Shown here in pieces: positions 15,401-30,400 of a DNA stretch of 64,000 bases (positions are counted from its first letter, which is position 1; each line of letters opens with the position of its first letter). A program made the translations under genes and the position numbers. The stretch comes from Podarcis gaigeae (taxonomy: Eukaryota). The notes beneath the pieces were generated by a model. It had not been told where the DNA came from. It saw only the letters and a list, made by a program, of their open reading frames with translations, and did not search any database. The stretch lies in the NCBI GenBank assembly GCA_964106915.2, contig OZ066914.1; one strand, given 5' to 3'.

Positions 15401-18400
15401 GGAGAAGCATGAATATAAATTCCGCATTTGTGCTGTTAACAAAGCAGGAGTAGGAGAGCATGCCGACGTTCCTGGGACTATTGTGGTCGAAGAAAAGCTG
15501 GAAGCTCCAGACCTTGATCTTGACTTGGAACTGAGGAAGGTTATCAATGTAAGAGCTGGTGGCTCCTTAAGATTATTTGTTCCAATCAGAGGACGCCCAA
15601 CACCTGAAGTAAAATGGAGCAAGGTGGATGGTGACATCAGAGAGGCAGCTGTTATTGACAGCACTAGCAGCTTCACCTCACTGGTTCTCGACAACGTTAA
15701 CAGATTTGATTCTGGAAAATACACTCTTACTTTAGAAAACAGTGGTGGAACTAAGTCTGCCTTCGTCAGTGTAAGAGTCCTAGATACCCCAGGCCCCCCA
15801 GTGAACCTGAAAATTAAGGAAATCACCAAAGACTCAGTGTCACTTGCCTGGGAACCTCCTTCGATAGACGGTGGAGCTAAAATTAAAAATTATATAATAG
15901 AAAAACGTGAAGCCACAAGGAAAGCCTATGCTGCTGTTGTAACAAACTGCCACAAGACATCGTGGAAAGTGGCTCAACTTCAGGAGGGCTGCTATTATTA
16001 CTTCAGAGTTTGCGCAGAGAATGAATTTGGAATTGGCCTGCCTGCAGAGACAAGTGACCCAGTTAAAGTTGCTGAAGTTCCTCAACCTCCAGGAAAGATA
16101 ACAGTGGACGATGTTACAAGAAACAGTGTTTCATTAAGCTGGGCTAAGCCTGAACATGATGGTGGAAGCAAAATTTTGCAATACATAGTGGAAATGCAAG
16201 TTAAGGGCAGCGAAAAATGGTCAGAATGTACGCGTGTGAAAGTTCTTGAAGCACTTGTTACTAACTTATCTCAAGGACAAGATTATCTCTTCAGGGTAAT
16301 GGCTGTAAATGAAAAGGGTAGGAGTGATCCACGGTCCCTTGCTGTTCCAATAACAGCCAAAGATTTAGTTATTGAACCAGATGTACGACCAGCATTCCAC
16401 AGTTACAGTATACAAGTGGGACAAGACCTAAAGGTGGAAATCCCAATATCTGGTCGACCTACACCTACTATTACTTGGACCAAAGATGGCATGCCATTAA
16501 AACAGACAACTAGAGTTAATGTCATCGATTCACCTAAACTTACTGTGCTGAGTATTAAAGAGGTCACTAAAGAAGACAGCGGGGCGTATGAAATCGCAGT
16601 TGCTAATGTTGTTGGACAGAAATCTGCAGCTGTTGAAATTATAACACTAGACAAGCCTGATCCTCCAAAAGGCCCTGTTAAATTTGATGAAATTAGTGCT
16701 GAAAGTATTACATTATCATGGAACCCTCCAGTATATACAGGTGGCTGCCAAATCACTAACTACATTGTTCATAAGAGAGATACAACCACCACCGTATGGG
16801 AAACAGTTTCAGCTACCGTTGCAAGAACCACTCTCAAGGTGATGAAGCTCAAAACTGGGTCAGAATATCAGTTTAGAATATTTGCTGAAAATAGATACGG
16901 GCAGAGCTTTGCCCTGGAGTCTGACACAGTTGTTGCTCAGTATCCCTATAAAGAACCAGGTCCTCCTGGCACACCATTTGTGACAACAGTTACAAAGGAC
17001 TCTATGGTTGTGCAATGGCATGAACCAGTAAATGATGGTGGAAGTAAAATTTTAGGTTATCATCTTGAAAGAAAGGAAAGAAACAGCATTTTGTGGACAA
17101 AGGTAAACAAGACAGTTATTCAAGACACACATTACAAAACATCTAACCTTGAAGAAGGCATTGAGTATGAATTTAGAGTGGCTGCAGAAAATATTGTTGG
17201 TGTTGGCAAAGCAAGCAAAGCTTCTGAGTGTTACGTAGCGCGTGACCCTTGTGATCCTCCAGGATGCCCTGAAGCTATTATTGTTAAAAGAAGTTCAATT
17301 ACTCTGCAATGGACAAAGCCAGAATATGATGGTGGCAGCAAAATTACAGGCTACGTAGTAGAGAAACGTGATTTGCCTGAAGGTCGTTGGATGAAAGCAA
17401 GCTTCACCAATATAACTGAAACTCAGTTTACCGTAACAGGCCTTACTGAAGACCAACGATATGAATTTAGAGTCATTGCAAGGAACGCTGCTGGAGCAGT
17501 AAGCAAGCCATCTGATAGTACAGGACCAATAACGGCAAAAGATGAAGTTGAGCTTCCAAGAATTTCCATGGATCCCAAATACAAAGATGCAATTGTTGTA
17601 AACGCTGGAGAAACATTCAAACTTGAGGCTGATGTCCATGGGAAGCCAATTCCCACTATTCTGTGGTTGAAAGGAGATAAAGTACTTGAAGATACTGCCC
17701 GATGTGAAGTAAGGAATACAGACTTTAAGGCCTTGATTACTGTTAAAGATGCCATCCGTGTTGACGGTGGGCAATATATTTTGCAGGCCTCTAATGTTGC
17801 AGGAACAAAATCAGTACCAATAACAGTGAAAGTACTGGACAGACCAGGACCTCCAGAGAGTATTCAAGTTTCTGGAGTTACTGCTGACAAGTGTTCCTTA
17901 ACATGGGCGCAACCAATCCATGATGGTGGCAGTGACATTTCTCACTACATAATTGAGAAGAGAGAAACAAGTCGCCTTGCATGGACAGTTGTTGCTTCAG
18001 ATGCTGTAGCCACAATGCTGAAAGTAACAAAACTTCTGGAAGGAAATGAGTATATCTTCCGCATAATGGCAGTTAATAAATATGGAGTTGGGGAGCCTCT
18101 GGAGTCTGCACCAGTATTAATGAAAAACCCATTTGTTGTTCCTGGTCCACCAAAATCCATTGAAGTAACCAACATTACAAAGGATTCCATGACCATCTGC
18201 TGGCATCGTCCAGATAGTGATGGTGGCAGTGAAATAGTTAACTACATTGTCGAAAAAAGGGACAGAGCTGGTATCAGATGGGTGAAATGTAACAAACGCC
18301 GAATTACAGACCTGCGATTAAGAGTCACAGGATTAGCAGAAGATCATGAATATGAATTTAGAGTATCCGCTGAAAATGCTGCTGGAGTTGGTGAGCCAAG

Positions 18401-21400
18401 CCAAATCACTCCCTTTTGGAAAGCATGTGACCCTATGTTCAAACCTGGCCCACCCACTAATGCTCATGCTGTGGATACTACCAAGAATTCAATTACAGTA
18501 GCATGGGGTAAGCCTATTTATGATGGCGGCAGTGAGATCCTAGGATATATTGTAGAAATCTGCAAAGCTGATGAAGAAGAATGGACAATAGTTACCCCAC
18601 AGACTGGTCTGAGAGTCAATCGCTTTGAGATCAAGAAACTCATTGAACACCAAGAATACAAACTTAGAGTCTGTGCTCTTAACAAAATTGGAGTAGGTGA
18701 AGCTGCAGCAGTTCCTGGCACAGTTAAACCAGAAGATAAACTTGAGCCACCTGAACTTGATATTGACTCTGAATTAAGGAAGGGAATTGTGGTTAGAGCT
18801 GGTGGATCTGTCAGGATAAACATACCTTTCAAAGGACGCCCAACTCCTGAAATCATGTGGTCTCGAGAAGAAGGAGAATTTACAGATAAGGTTCAAATTG
18901 AAAAGGGCCTGAATTACACACAGTTATCCATCGATTACTGTGATAGAAATGATGCTGGAAAATATATCCTTAAACTGGAGAACAGCAGTGGCTCTAAGTC
19001 TGCATTTGTCACAGTTAAAGTACTTGACACACCGGGACCACCGCAAAATTTAGTAGTCAAAGAAATAAGGAAAAATTATGCTGTACTAACATGGGAGCCT
19101 CCAGCTAATGATGGTGGGGCAAAGATAAAGAACTATGTGATTGATAAACGCGAATCAACCAGAAAAGCATATGCAAATGTGAGCACAAAGTGCAGCAAAA
19201 CAAGTTTTAGAGTTGATAACCTTATTGAAGGGGCAATTTATTATTTCAGAGTAATGGCTGAAAATGAATATGGAATTGGTGTTCCAGTTGAAACTGCAGA
19301 TGCCTCAAAAGCTTCAGAACCACCTTTGCCTCCTGGAAAAGTGACTCTCACTGATGTGACTCAGAGAAGCGCATCATTTATGTGGGAAAAGCCTGAACAT
19401 GATGGAGGTAGCAGAATTGTGGGGTACGTTGTTGAAATGCAGCCAAAAGGAACTGATAAATGGAGTGTTGTTACTGAAACCAAAGTCTGTAATGCAGTTG
19501 TGTCTGGTTTGAGTTCTGGACACGAATATCAATTCCGTGTCATGGCATATAATGAAAAAGGCAAGAGTGACCCTAGACCACTGGCAGTTCCTGTGATTGC
19601 CAAAGATCTGACCATTCAGCCAAATATCAAACTAATGTTCAATACATACACTGTCCAAGCTGGAGAAGACCTTAAAGTAGAAATACCCTTTATAGCTCGA
19701 CCAAAGCCTACTATCACATGGGAAAAAGATGGTCAGCCTCTAAGACAGACAACCAGGTTACATGTTGAAGATACACCTACATCAACTACTTTGTATATTA
19801 AAGAAAGCAACAAGGATGATTTCGGTAAATATACTGTGACAGTAACCAACACTGCAGGCACAGCAGCAGAACATCTTAATATAATTGTGCTAGAGAAGCC
19901 TGGCCCACCACAAGGACCTGTCCGCTTTGATGAAGTTAGCTCAAATTTTGTTGTTCTGTCATGGGAACCACCAGCATACACAGGTGGCTGTCAAATATCC
20001 AATTACATTGTAGAGAAGCGTGACACTACTACCACTACCTGGCAGATGGTCTCAGCGACTGTTGCAAGAACAACTATTAAAGTAACAAACCTTAAAACGG
20101 GTAGTGAATATCAGTTTAGAATTAGTGCTGAAAACCGATACGGAAAGAGCACCGCGCTGGATTCTAAGCCAGTTCTTGTTCAATATCCCTACAAAGAACC
20201 AGGTCCACCAGGAACACCATTTGTCAGCATCGCTACCAAAGATCATATGATAGTACAATGGAATGAACCAGTTAATGATGGAGGAAGCAAAGTTCTTGGT
20301 TATCATCTAGAACGTAAAGATAAAAACAGCATTCTTTGGACAAAATTGAATAAGGCCCTCATTCAGGACACAAAATATAAATCAGATGGCCTTGAGGAAG
20401 GTCTTGAATATGAGTTCAGAGTTGCCGCTGAAAATATTGTTGGCATAGGTAAGGTTAGCAAATCATCTGAACTGTATGTTGCTCGAGATGCTTGTGATCC
20501 ACCTGGCCGTCCAGATGCCATTGTTATTACAAGAAATTATATAACACTAAAATGGAAAAAACCTGAATATGATGGTGGCAGCAGAATAACTGGATATGTT
20601 GTGGAAAAGAGAGAACTTCCTGAAGGTCGTTGGATGAAAGCCAGTTTTACAAATGTAACAGAAACAGAGTTCACAGTAACTGGTCTTGTGGAAGACCAAC
20701 GATATGAATTCAGAGTAATTGCAAGAAATGCAGCTGGTAGCATAAGTGAACCATCTGAAAGCACAGGACCAATTATTGCCAGAGATGAAATTGAAGCTCC
20801 AAGAGCTTCACTGGATCCAAAATACAAAGATGTCATTGTTGTTCATGCTGGAGAAACATTTGCTCTTGAGGCTGACATCCATGGCAAACCCATTCCTGAT
20901 ATTATATGGTCAAAAGATGGAAAAGAATTTGAAGGAGCAACTGCAAGAATGGAAATTAAGTCTACCATTGAGAGAACAACCCTCACAGTCAAAGATTGCA
21001 TCAGAGTGGATGGAGGCATTTATACACTTAAACTGAGCAATGTTGGTGGCACAAAGTCTATACCAATCACTGTAAAAGTACTTGACAGACCTGGACCTCC
21101 AGAAGGTCCTTTGAAAGTTACAGGTGTGACTGCAGAAAAGTGTTATCTGGCATGGGGACCACCTTTACACGATGGTGGCTCTAACATTTCACATTATATT
21201 ATAGAAAAGAGAGAGACAAGTCGACTTTCATGGACACAAGTGGCATCTGATGTGCAAGCTCTGAACCACAAAGTAACCAGGCTTCTTCCAAACAATGAGT
21301 ACATTTTCCGTGTAATGGCTGTCAACAAATATGGAATTGGTGAACCACTGGAATCCGAGCCTGTGTTGGCATGTAATCCATACAAACCTCCAGGCCCTCC

Positions 21401-24400
21401 TTCAATACCTGAAGTTTCTGCAATCACAAAAGATTCTATGATTGTAACCTGGGGTCGTCCAGAGGATAATGGTGGTGCTGAAATTGAAGGGTACATACTA
21501 GAAAAGCGAGACAAAGATGGTATTCGGTGGACCAAGTGCAATAAGAAGAGACTAACAGACTTAAGACTCAGAGTAACTGGACTTACAGATGGCCATTTCT
21601 ATGAATTTAGGGTTTCTGCTGAAAATGCTGCTGGTGTTGGTGAACCTAGTGAACCATCAGTTTTCTATCGAGCCTGTGATGCAGTGTATCCACCAGGCCC
21701 TCCAAGCAATCCGAAGGTGACAGATACCTCCAGATCATCTGTGTCCCTTGCATGGAACAAGCCCATTTACGATGGTGGTGCACCTGTTAAAGGATACATT
21801 GTGGAATTTAAAGAAGCTACTGCTGATGAATGGACAACTTGCACACCTCCATCAGGGTTACAAGGAAAGCAATTCACAGTAGAAAAACTTAAAGAGAATA
21901 GTGAGTATAATTTCCGCATCTGTGCTATGAACTCTGAAGGAGTTGGAGAACCAGCAACTATACCTGGTAGTGTTGTTGCTGCTGAAAAAATTGAACCACC
22001 TGAAATTGAACTTGATGCAGATCTCAGAAAAGTTGTCACCGTACGTGCTAGTGGCACATTGCGATTGTTTGTCACTATCAAAGGGAGGCCAGAGCCAGAG
22101 GTAAAGTGGGAGAAAGCAGAAGGCACTCTGAGCGACAGAGCCCAGATTGAGGCTACCAGTTCATATACAATGTTGGTCATTGATAATGTAAACAGATTTG
22201 ACAGTGGTAGATATAACTTGACCTTAGAAAACAATAGTGGCAAAAAATCTGCTTTTGTTAACGTGAGAGTGCTTGATACACCAAGTGCACCTGTGAACTT
22301 GAACATCAGAGAAGTGAAGAAAGATTCAGTGACATTAGCTTGGGAGCCCCCACTTATTGATGGTGGTGCTAAAATTACAAATTACATCATTGAAAAACGA
22401 GAAACCACAAGAAAGGCATATGCCACTATTACAAATAACTGTGCCAAGAATGTCTTCAGAATTGATCAGCTACAGGAAGGATGTAGTTACTACTTCCGTG
22501 TCTTGGCGGCAAATGAATATGGAGTTGGTTTGCCAGCAGAAACAACTGAACCAGTTAAGGCTTCTGAACCACCCTATCCACCTGGAAAAGTTACCCTTGT
22601 TGATGTTACACGCCACACTGCTACTATTAAATGGGAGAAACCTGAAAGTGATGGTGGCAGTAAAATAACTGGCTATGTAGTAGAAATGCAAACTAAAGGA
22701 AGTGAAAAATGGAGCACCTGCACACAAGTTAAAACATTAGAAGCAACAGTATCAGGATTAAGTATGGGAGAAGAATACACTTTCCGAGTATGTGCTGTCA
22801 ACGAAAAAGGGAAGAGTGATCCAAGACAGCTTGGGGTTCCAGTAGTTGCGAAGGATATTGAAATCCAGCCTTCAGTTGAGCTCCTTTTCAATACTTTCAG
22901 TGTTAAAGCTGGTGAAGATCTTAAGATTGATGTGCCCATCAGAGGAAGGCCAGTTCCATCAGTTAGCTGGAAGAAGGATGGACTGCCTTTAAGAGAGACA
23001 ACAAGGGTAAATGTCCACACATCAAAGACATCAACCTCACTAACAATCAAGGAAGCATTGAAAGAAGATGTAGGGAGTTATGAATTAAATGTTTCAAACA
23101 GTGCTGGCTCTACAACAGCTTCCATTACTGTAATTGTACTGGACAAGCCAGGACCTCCAACAGCATTGCATATTGACAATGTCAGCAATGATAATGTAAC
23201 CATATCTTGGAAACCCCCAGAGTATGATGGTGGATGTCAAATTAATAATTATATTGTGGAGAAGAGAGAAACAACTACTACAACATGGAGTATAGTGTCT
23301 GCGGCAGTTGCACGAACTTCAATAAAAATAATTCGCTTAACCACAGGATCAGAATATCAATTCCGTGTTTCTGCAGAAAATCGCTATGGCAGGAGCACCT
23401 TCGTTGAAACTGCACCTGTTGTTGCAGAGTATCCATTTAGTCTTCCTGGACCACCTGGTACTCCCCGAGTAACACACGCAACTAAAGCCTTCATGGTTGT
23501 AACCTGGCAAGAGCCAGTTAATGACGGAGGTAGCAGAGTACTTGGTTATCACCTTGAGCGTAAAGAAAGAAGCAGCATCCTTTGGACTAAAGTAAATAAA
23601 ACCCTTATAAGTGACACACAGATGAAGGTCACAGGCCTTGATGAAGGACTAATGTATGAATATCGTGTGTATGCAGAAAACATTGTAGGAATAGGTAAAT
23701 GTAGCAAATCATGTGAGCCTGTTGCTGCAAGGGACCCATGTGATCCTCCTGGCCAACCAGAAGTGACTAACATTACAAGAACATGTGTCTCACTCAAATG
23801 GACCAAACCAGAATATGACGGTGGTGCTAAGATCACAGGCTATATTATAGAGCGGAAAGAGTTACCAGATGGTCGTTGGCTGAAGTGCAACTTCACAAAT
23901 GTGCAAGAAACTTTCTTTGATGTAACAGGACTTACTGAAGACCAGCGATACGAATTCCATGTAATTGCAAGGAATGCTGCTGGACTATTTAGTGAGCCAT
24001 CTGAATCAACTGGACCAGTGACTGTAAAGGATGATGTTGAGGCTCCAAGAATTATGATGGATGTCAAATTCAGGGATGTTGTTGTTGTTAAAGCTGGAGA
24101 GATCTTGAAAATCAATGCCGATATTGCAGGGCGACCCTTACCAGTAGTTTCATGGACAAAGGATGGCAAAGACATTGAAGAGAAAGCAAGAGTTGAAATT
24201 GTTTCAACTGATAGCACTACTGCAATAACTGTCAAAGACTGCATTCGACGTGATTCAGGGCAATATGTGCTAACATTACAAAATGTTGCTGGAGTTAGAT
24301 CATTAGCTGTCAATTGCAAAGTACTTGATAGACCTGGTCCACCAGCAGCCCCACTAGAAATCAAAGGACTTACTGCTGAAAAATGTCATCTGTCATGGGG

Positions 24401-27400
24401 ACCGCCTCAAGAAAATGGAGGTGCAGAGATTGACTATTATATTGTGGAAAAGCGTGAGACCAGTAGAATTGCATGGACTCTTTGTGAAGCAGAGCATCCA
24501 ACAACATCCTGCAAAGTGACAAAACTACTTAGAGGAAATGAATACATCTTCAGAGTGATGGGGGTTAACAAGTATGGTGTTGGTGAACCTTTGGAAAGTG
24601 AAGCTGTCAAGGCCCTTGATCCTTTTACTGTTCCAAGCCCACCTACGTCTTTAGAGATTACTAGTGTGACAAAGGAGTCCATGACTATTTGCTGGGCAAG
24701 ACCCGACAGTGATGGAGGTAATGAAATTTCTGGATATGTGATTGAAAGGCGTGAGAAAAACAGCCTGAGGTGGATACGTGTGAACAAAAAGCCCGTTTAT
24801 GATCTAAGGGTAAAATCTTCAGGCCTTCGGCAAGGATGTGAATATGAATATCGGGTATTTGCAGAAAATGCTGCAGGTCTTAGTCTTCCTAGTGATACTT
24901 CACCACTCATTAAAGCAGAAGATCCTGTTTTCCTTCCATCACCTCCATCTAGGCCTAAGATTGTGGACTCTACAAGGTCACATATAACAATTGGATGGAC
25001 AAAGCCATTATTTGATGGTGGTGCTCCTGTTACTGGATACACAGTTGAATACAAGCTAACCAGTGAAACTGATTGGTCAACTGCTATTCAAAGCTTAAGA
25101 GGTACAGAATACACTGTAATTGGTCTGACATCAGGAGCTGAATATGTTTTCAGAGTAAGGTCTATCAACAAGGTTGGCACTAGTGATCCAAGTGATGTTT
25201 CAGAACCCCAGGTGGCAAAAGAAAGGGAAGAAGACCCTGCATTTGATATTGACAATGAAATGAGAAAGACTTTAGTCGTGAAAGCTGGTGGCTCATTTAC
25301 AATGACTGTACCTTTCAGAGGAAAGCCTATCCCTAATGTAATGTGGAGCAAGCCAGATACTGACCTTCGTACTCGAGCAAGTATTGATACTTCAGATAAC
25401 CGCACCTCAATTACTGTTGAAAAAGCGACAAGGAATGACTCTGGAAAGTATACACTAACATTGCAAAATATTGTAAGCACAGCTACTTTGACATTAGTTG
25501 TCAAAGTGCTTGACTCACCGGGACCTCCATCTAATATCGTTGTAAAAGATGTCACAAAAGAATCAGCCGTGTTATCTTGGGAAGCTCCTGAGAACGATGG
25601 AGGTGCTCCTGTGAAGAACTATTATATTGAAAAACGAGAAGCAAGCAAGAAAGCTTGGGTCACTGTAACCAACAATTGCCATCGTCTTTCCTACAAAGTT
25701 ACCAATCTGCAAGAAGGTGGAATTTATTACTTCAGAGTCTCTGGAGAAAATGAGTTTGGTGTTGGAGTCCCAACTGAAACAAAGGATGGAGTGAAAATAA
25801 CAGGTTTGTTCTTTAAAATATGTTCATTATATATGCATGTGAGTGCATGACTATCTACCCATGCATACACATGCACACTAATTGTTCACAGGACTTTAGT
25901 CTTAATGTGTAATGCTTATATTACTGTTATTAATTTATTGTAAGGCAGTAATCAAATTTTTAGGTGTTTTGAAAACACCTAATAAATCTAATAATATTTT
26001 AATATAGGCATGCAAGATAAAACTTCCCTATTTAGGGACGTTTTAGAGAAGTTTTTAATGTTTAATGCTGTGTTGTGTTTTTAATATCCGATTGGGAGCC
26101 GCACAGAGTGGCTGCTAATAAATTAGTATTAGTATTAGTATTAGTATTATTAAAATGTACTGCTTTCCTGTGGAAACAATGTGCTTGCTGAATACATTAA
26201 AATTAAGTGGAATGCATATGACACATTTGCTCTCGATTGATCTTCTATTTATTAATTTATTGATCATCTTCTCTTTATTTTTCAGAAAAACCAAGTCCAC
26301 CCGAAAAACTGGGAGTATCAAACGTTACTAAAGATAGTGTATCTCTTGTGTGGCTGAAGCCAGAACATGATGGAGGAAGCAGAGTTGTTGGCTACCTTAT
26401 TGAAGCCCTAGAGAAAGGGCAGCAGAAATGGGTCAGATGTGCTGTAGTCAAGACAACTCATCATATTGTCCAGGGTCTCAAGGAGAATGCGGAGTACTTC
26501 TTTAGAGTATTTGCTGAAAACCAAGCTGGTCTAAGTGACCCCAAAGAGCTTCTTCATGCCGTTACAGTTAAAGAACAACTAGGTATGTGGAAATGGTGCA
26601 TTCTCTTTGGAATCACCTCGGTGACACTGATGGCAATTTGGCATCTGCTAAAAACTTTATTCTCCCAGTCGTTTGCTGCATGTTGATACCAGTTGATCAT
26701 AATAACATGTCTGTTTTGATCTAAAGTTGACTGGTATTTTACTTATTCTTTAAGTTTTGATGTAATTTTAATGTGTGTGTGTATACTGCCTTGTAATGTT
26801 TACATGAAAGGTGGTATAGAAATAGTTTTAATTAATAAATAACGAATAGTTAGCATAGAGCTCATACAAATTCATATGAAAATGCACTTGAAAACTATTG
26901 TTTTTAACATTTTGCAAATGTATTTTTTCAGAATCTCCTGAAGTGGACATGAAAGGTTTCCCGAACCACACCGTTTATGTAAGAGCAGGTTCAAACCTAA
27001 AGGTAGAGATTCCAATTTCTGGAAGACCATTGCCAAAGGTGACTTTATCCAGGGACGGCATTCCTCTCAAACCAACGATGAGGTTTAACACTGAAACCAC
27101 AGCTGAAAGTGTCATTGTTAATCTCAAAGAAAGTGTGGCTACTGATTCTGGTAGATATGACATCACAGCTTCCAACTCCAGTGGAACTACTAAATCTTTC
27201 CTTAAGATTGTTGTCCTGGACAGACCAGGCCCTCCAGTTGGTCCTGTTGTTGTAAGTGATATCACTGAACAAGGTCTTACCCTTAAGTGGGAGCCACCTC
27301 GTTATGATGGCGGAAGTCAAGTTACCAACTACATTGTACTGAAAAGAGAAACAAGCACTGCTGTGTGGTCTGAAGTGTCTGCAACTATTGCTAGAAACAT

Positions 27401-30400
27401 GATTAAGATCACGAAACTTACAACAGGAGAAGAATATCAATTCCGTATTAAAGCAGAAAATCGCTTTGGCATAAGTGACCATATTGACTCAGCATGTATA
27501 ACTGTTAAGCTTCCTTACAGTAAGTGACTTTTTGTTTGCTCATTTTCTGAGTTTTTCAGGCATTTATTATGATTTATTTATATTTATTTATTTATGATTT
27601 ATTAACCTGTACTTAATATTCATTTAGCACCCCCTGGACCACCTTCCACACCATGGATCACCAACGTGACTCGAGAAAGCATCGTTGTTGGATGGCATGA
27701 ACCTGTTTCCAATGGAGGCAGTGCAGTCATTGGCTACCATTTGGAAATGAAGGACAGGAACAGTATTTTATGGAAGAAAGCTAACAAAATGATTATACGC
27801 ACAACTCACTTCAAGGCCTCCAATATCACCGCCGGTCTCATTTATGAGTTCAGAGTGTATGCAGAAAATGCAGCTGGTATTGGAAAAGCAAGCCATCCAT
27901 CTGATGCAGTTCTTGCTATAGATGCCTGTGGTATGTAGTCTGTAGTAAAGGATAAGAATCATATTTCAAATAATGAATTTAGTAGAAAATATTTATTTGG
28001 TGAGTCATTGTTGAATGAACACATTAATTCCAAATGTTGTTGCTGTTTCATACTGCAGAGCCGCCAAGAACCCTTCGTGTCAAAGATATTTCCAAAACAT
28101 TTGTCAATCTTTCTTGGACACAGCCAGCTTTTGATGGTGGCAGCAAAATTACTGGATATATTGTTGAGAAACGTGATCTTCCAAATGGAAGATGGACAAA
28201 AGCAAGCTTCACCAATGTCATTGAGACTAATTTCACTGTATCAGGATTGACTCAAAACTCCCAATATGAATTCCGTGTTTTTGCTAAGAATGCTGCTGGT
28301 TCAATTAGCAATCCATCTGATGTTTTAGGCCCTATAACATGCGTGGATACATATGGTAAGAAATTAATAACGCATAAACACTGATATCCAGTTACATGTT
28401 TGAGTTTAAAGTAAATACTGTTAACAGAAATTCTAATTTGAATTCAGAAGCCTTAGCTGGGCAGCACAGTACTGTTTCAAGCTTGCCTTTCACTATCAGA
28501 GGATACTAGGAAATTATTATTTGGCACTGAAAGCTGCTTTGTTATCAATCTTTCTGAGAATTTCAACAATGTTAATATATTTTCTATTCCACTTCTTTTT
28601 CATTAAGGTGCACCTGAAATTGATGTACCTCCAGAATATACAGAAGTAGTCAAATACAAAGCAGACACAGCAATTAAACTGAAACTTGGCATCTCAGGAA
28701 AGCCTGTGCCTACAATTGAGTGGTTCCACAATGGTAAAGAAATACATACCAGTGCCCAGGTATCTATTGAAAACACCACAGAATCTTCAGCTATACTGAT
28801 CAAAGAAGCAACTCGTATTAACAGTGGAAGTTACGAACTGAAATTAAAGAATGCCATGGGTTCTGCATCTGCCACCATTAGGGTACAGATACTTGGTATG
28901 TTTGGAGCATTTTCATATTGTTTTCTTCTGTCAATTCCACTAGCTGTATCCATTATTGCCTATTTAAAATATATAATTTTCTTGCATATTAAACAGATAA
29001 ACCAGGACCACCAGGTGGACCTATACATTTCAAAACGGTCACCGCAGAAAAGATTACCCTCATGTGGCAGCCACCAGCAGATGATGGAGGTGCTGCTGTA
29101 ACACATTACATTGTTGAGAAACGTGAGACGAGTCGTGTGGTATGGTCTGTGGTTTCAGAAAAACTTGAAGAATGCATTGTCACTACCACAAAAGTCATAA
29201 AAGGAAATGAATATATATTCCGTGTGCGAGGCGTAAACAAATTTGGTGTTGGTGAACCACTGGAATCTGACACTGTCATAGCTAAAAATGCATTTGGTAA
29301 GTTAAAGCAGATGGCCATTAATACCTTTTTTATTATCCCTAGGTGATTACCTATTAGTTTATATTGACCTAATGTTATTTTTGTTTCAATAAAAATGCAG
29401 TTACACCTGGACAACCTGGTATACCAGAGGCTTCCATGATAACTAAACAGTCTATGACCATAGTCTGGAGCAGGCCAACTGTAGATGGTGGTAGCGAGAT
29501 AAATGGATATTATCTTGAGAAACGGGATAAGAAAAGTCTAAGCTGGTTCAAGGTGTCTAAAGAAACCATTCGTGACACCAGGCAGAAAGTGACAGGACTA
29601 ACAGAAAACAGTGAATATCAGTTCAGAGTTTCTGCTGTGAATGCAGCTGGGCAAGGTCCCTTCTCTGATGCATCGGACTTCTACAAAGCTGAAGATCCTA
29701 TAGGTAAGAAACCTTTCATTTGATTGTGCAAAAATGCAAAGGTCAAATTATACACATTCTTGAAACTGTACAAGGGCATATATTGCTCTAAGTTATTGCT
29801 ATTAGCTGACGGGGTTGTCAAGTCTCATTTTTGTTACTTGCATTTTGCAGAAAAACCTGGGCCACCTCTTAAGCTAAAAGTTGTGGATACTACAAAGACA
29901 TCTGTCACACTTAGCTGGACTAAACCAGCCTATGATGGAGGAAGTGCAATTACCAGCTATGCTATTGAAAAGAGAGAAGGGGAAGAAGAAGAATGGACTC
30001 TGGTCAGTGCAAGAGGAGAAGTGCGAACCACAGAGTATGTTGTTTCTCACCTTCAGCCAGGAATCAATTACTACTTCCGTGTAGCTGCTATAAATTATGC
30101 TGGACAAGGTGAACCCATTGAAATGACAGAAGCTGTACAGGCTAAAGACATACTTGGTATGTAAATTCTATTATTATATTTAATATTCAGTATTTTCATC
30201 TTTTCCCCAAATACGAATTATTTTTCTTTTAACTTAATTTTATTATTATTTTATTTTTTGCAGAGGAGGCACAGATTGATCTAGATGTTGCTCTCAGAAC
30301 CTCCATTGTGGCTAAAGCAGGTGAAGATGTACAGATAATGATTCCATTCAAAGGAAGACCACCTCCAACTGTCACATGGAGAAAGGGTGAAAAAAATCTA

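Noticed and set aside
8807-25555. Many minus-strand ORFs of 60-190 aa opposite titin exons, recurring with the super-repeat period
   Set aside because: Antisense shadows of titin codon usage (e.g. GPGGPG mirrors PGPPG); no splice signals or independent protein character.
8673-25850. 5,725-aa uninterrupted ORF as a novel giant gene, and its periodicity as a CRISPR-like array
   Set aside because: It is the known giant TTN A-band exon; the repeats are protein domain repeats and the ORF ends run into introns.
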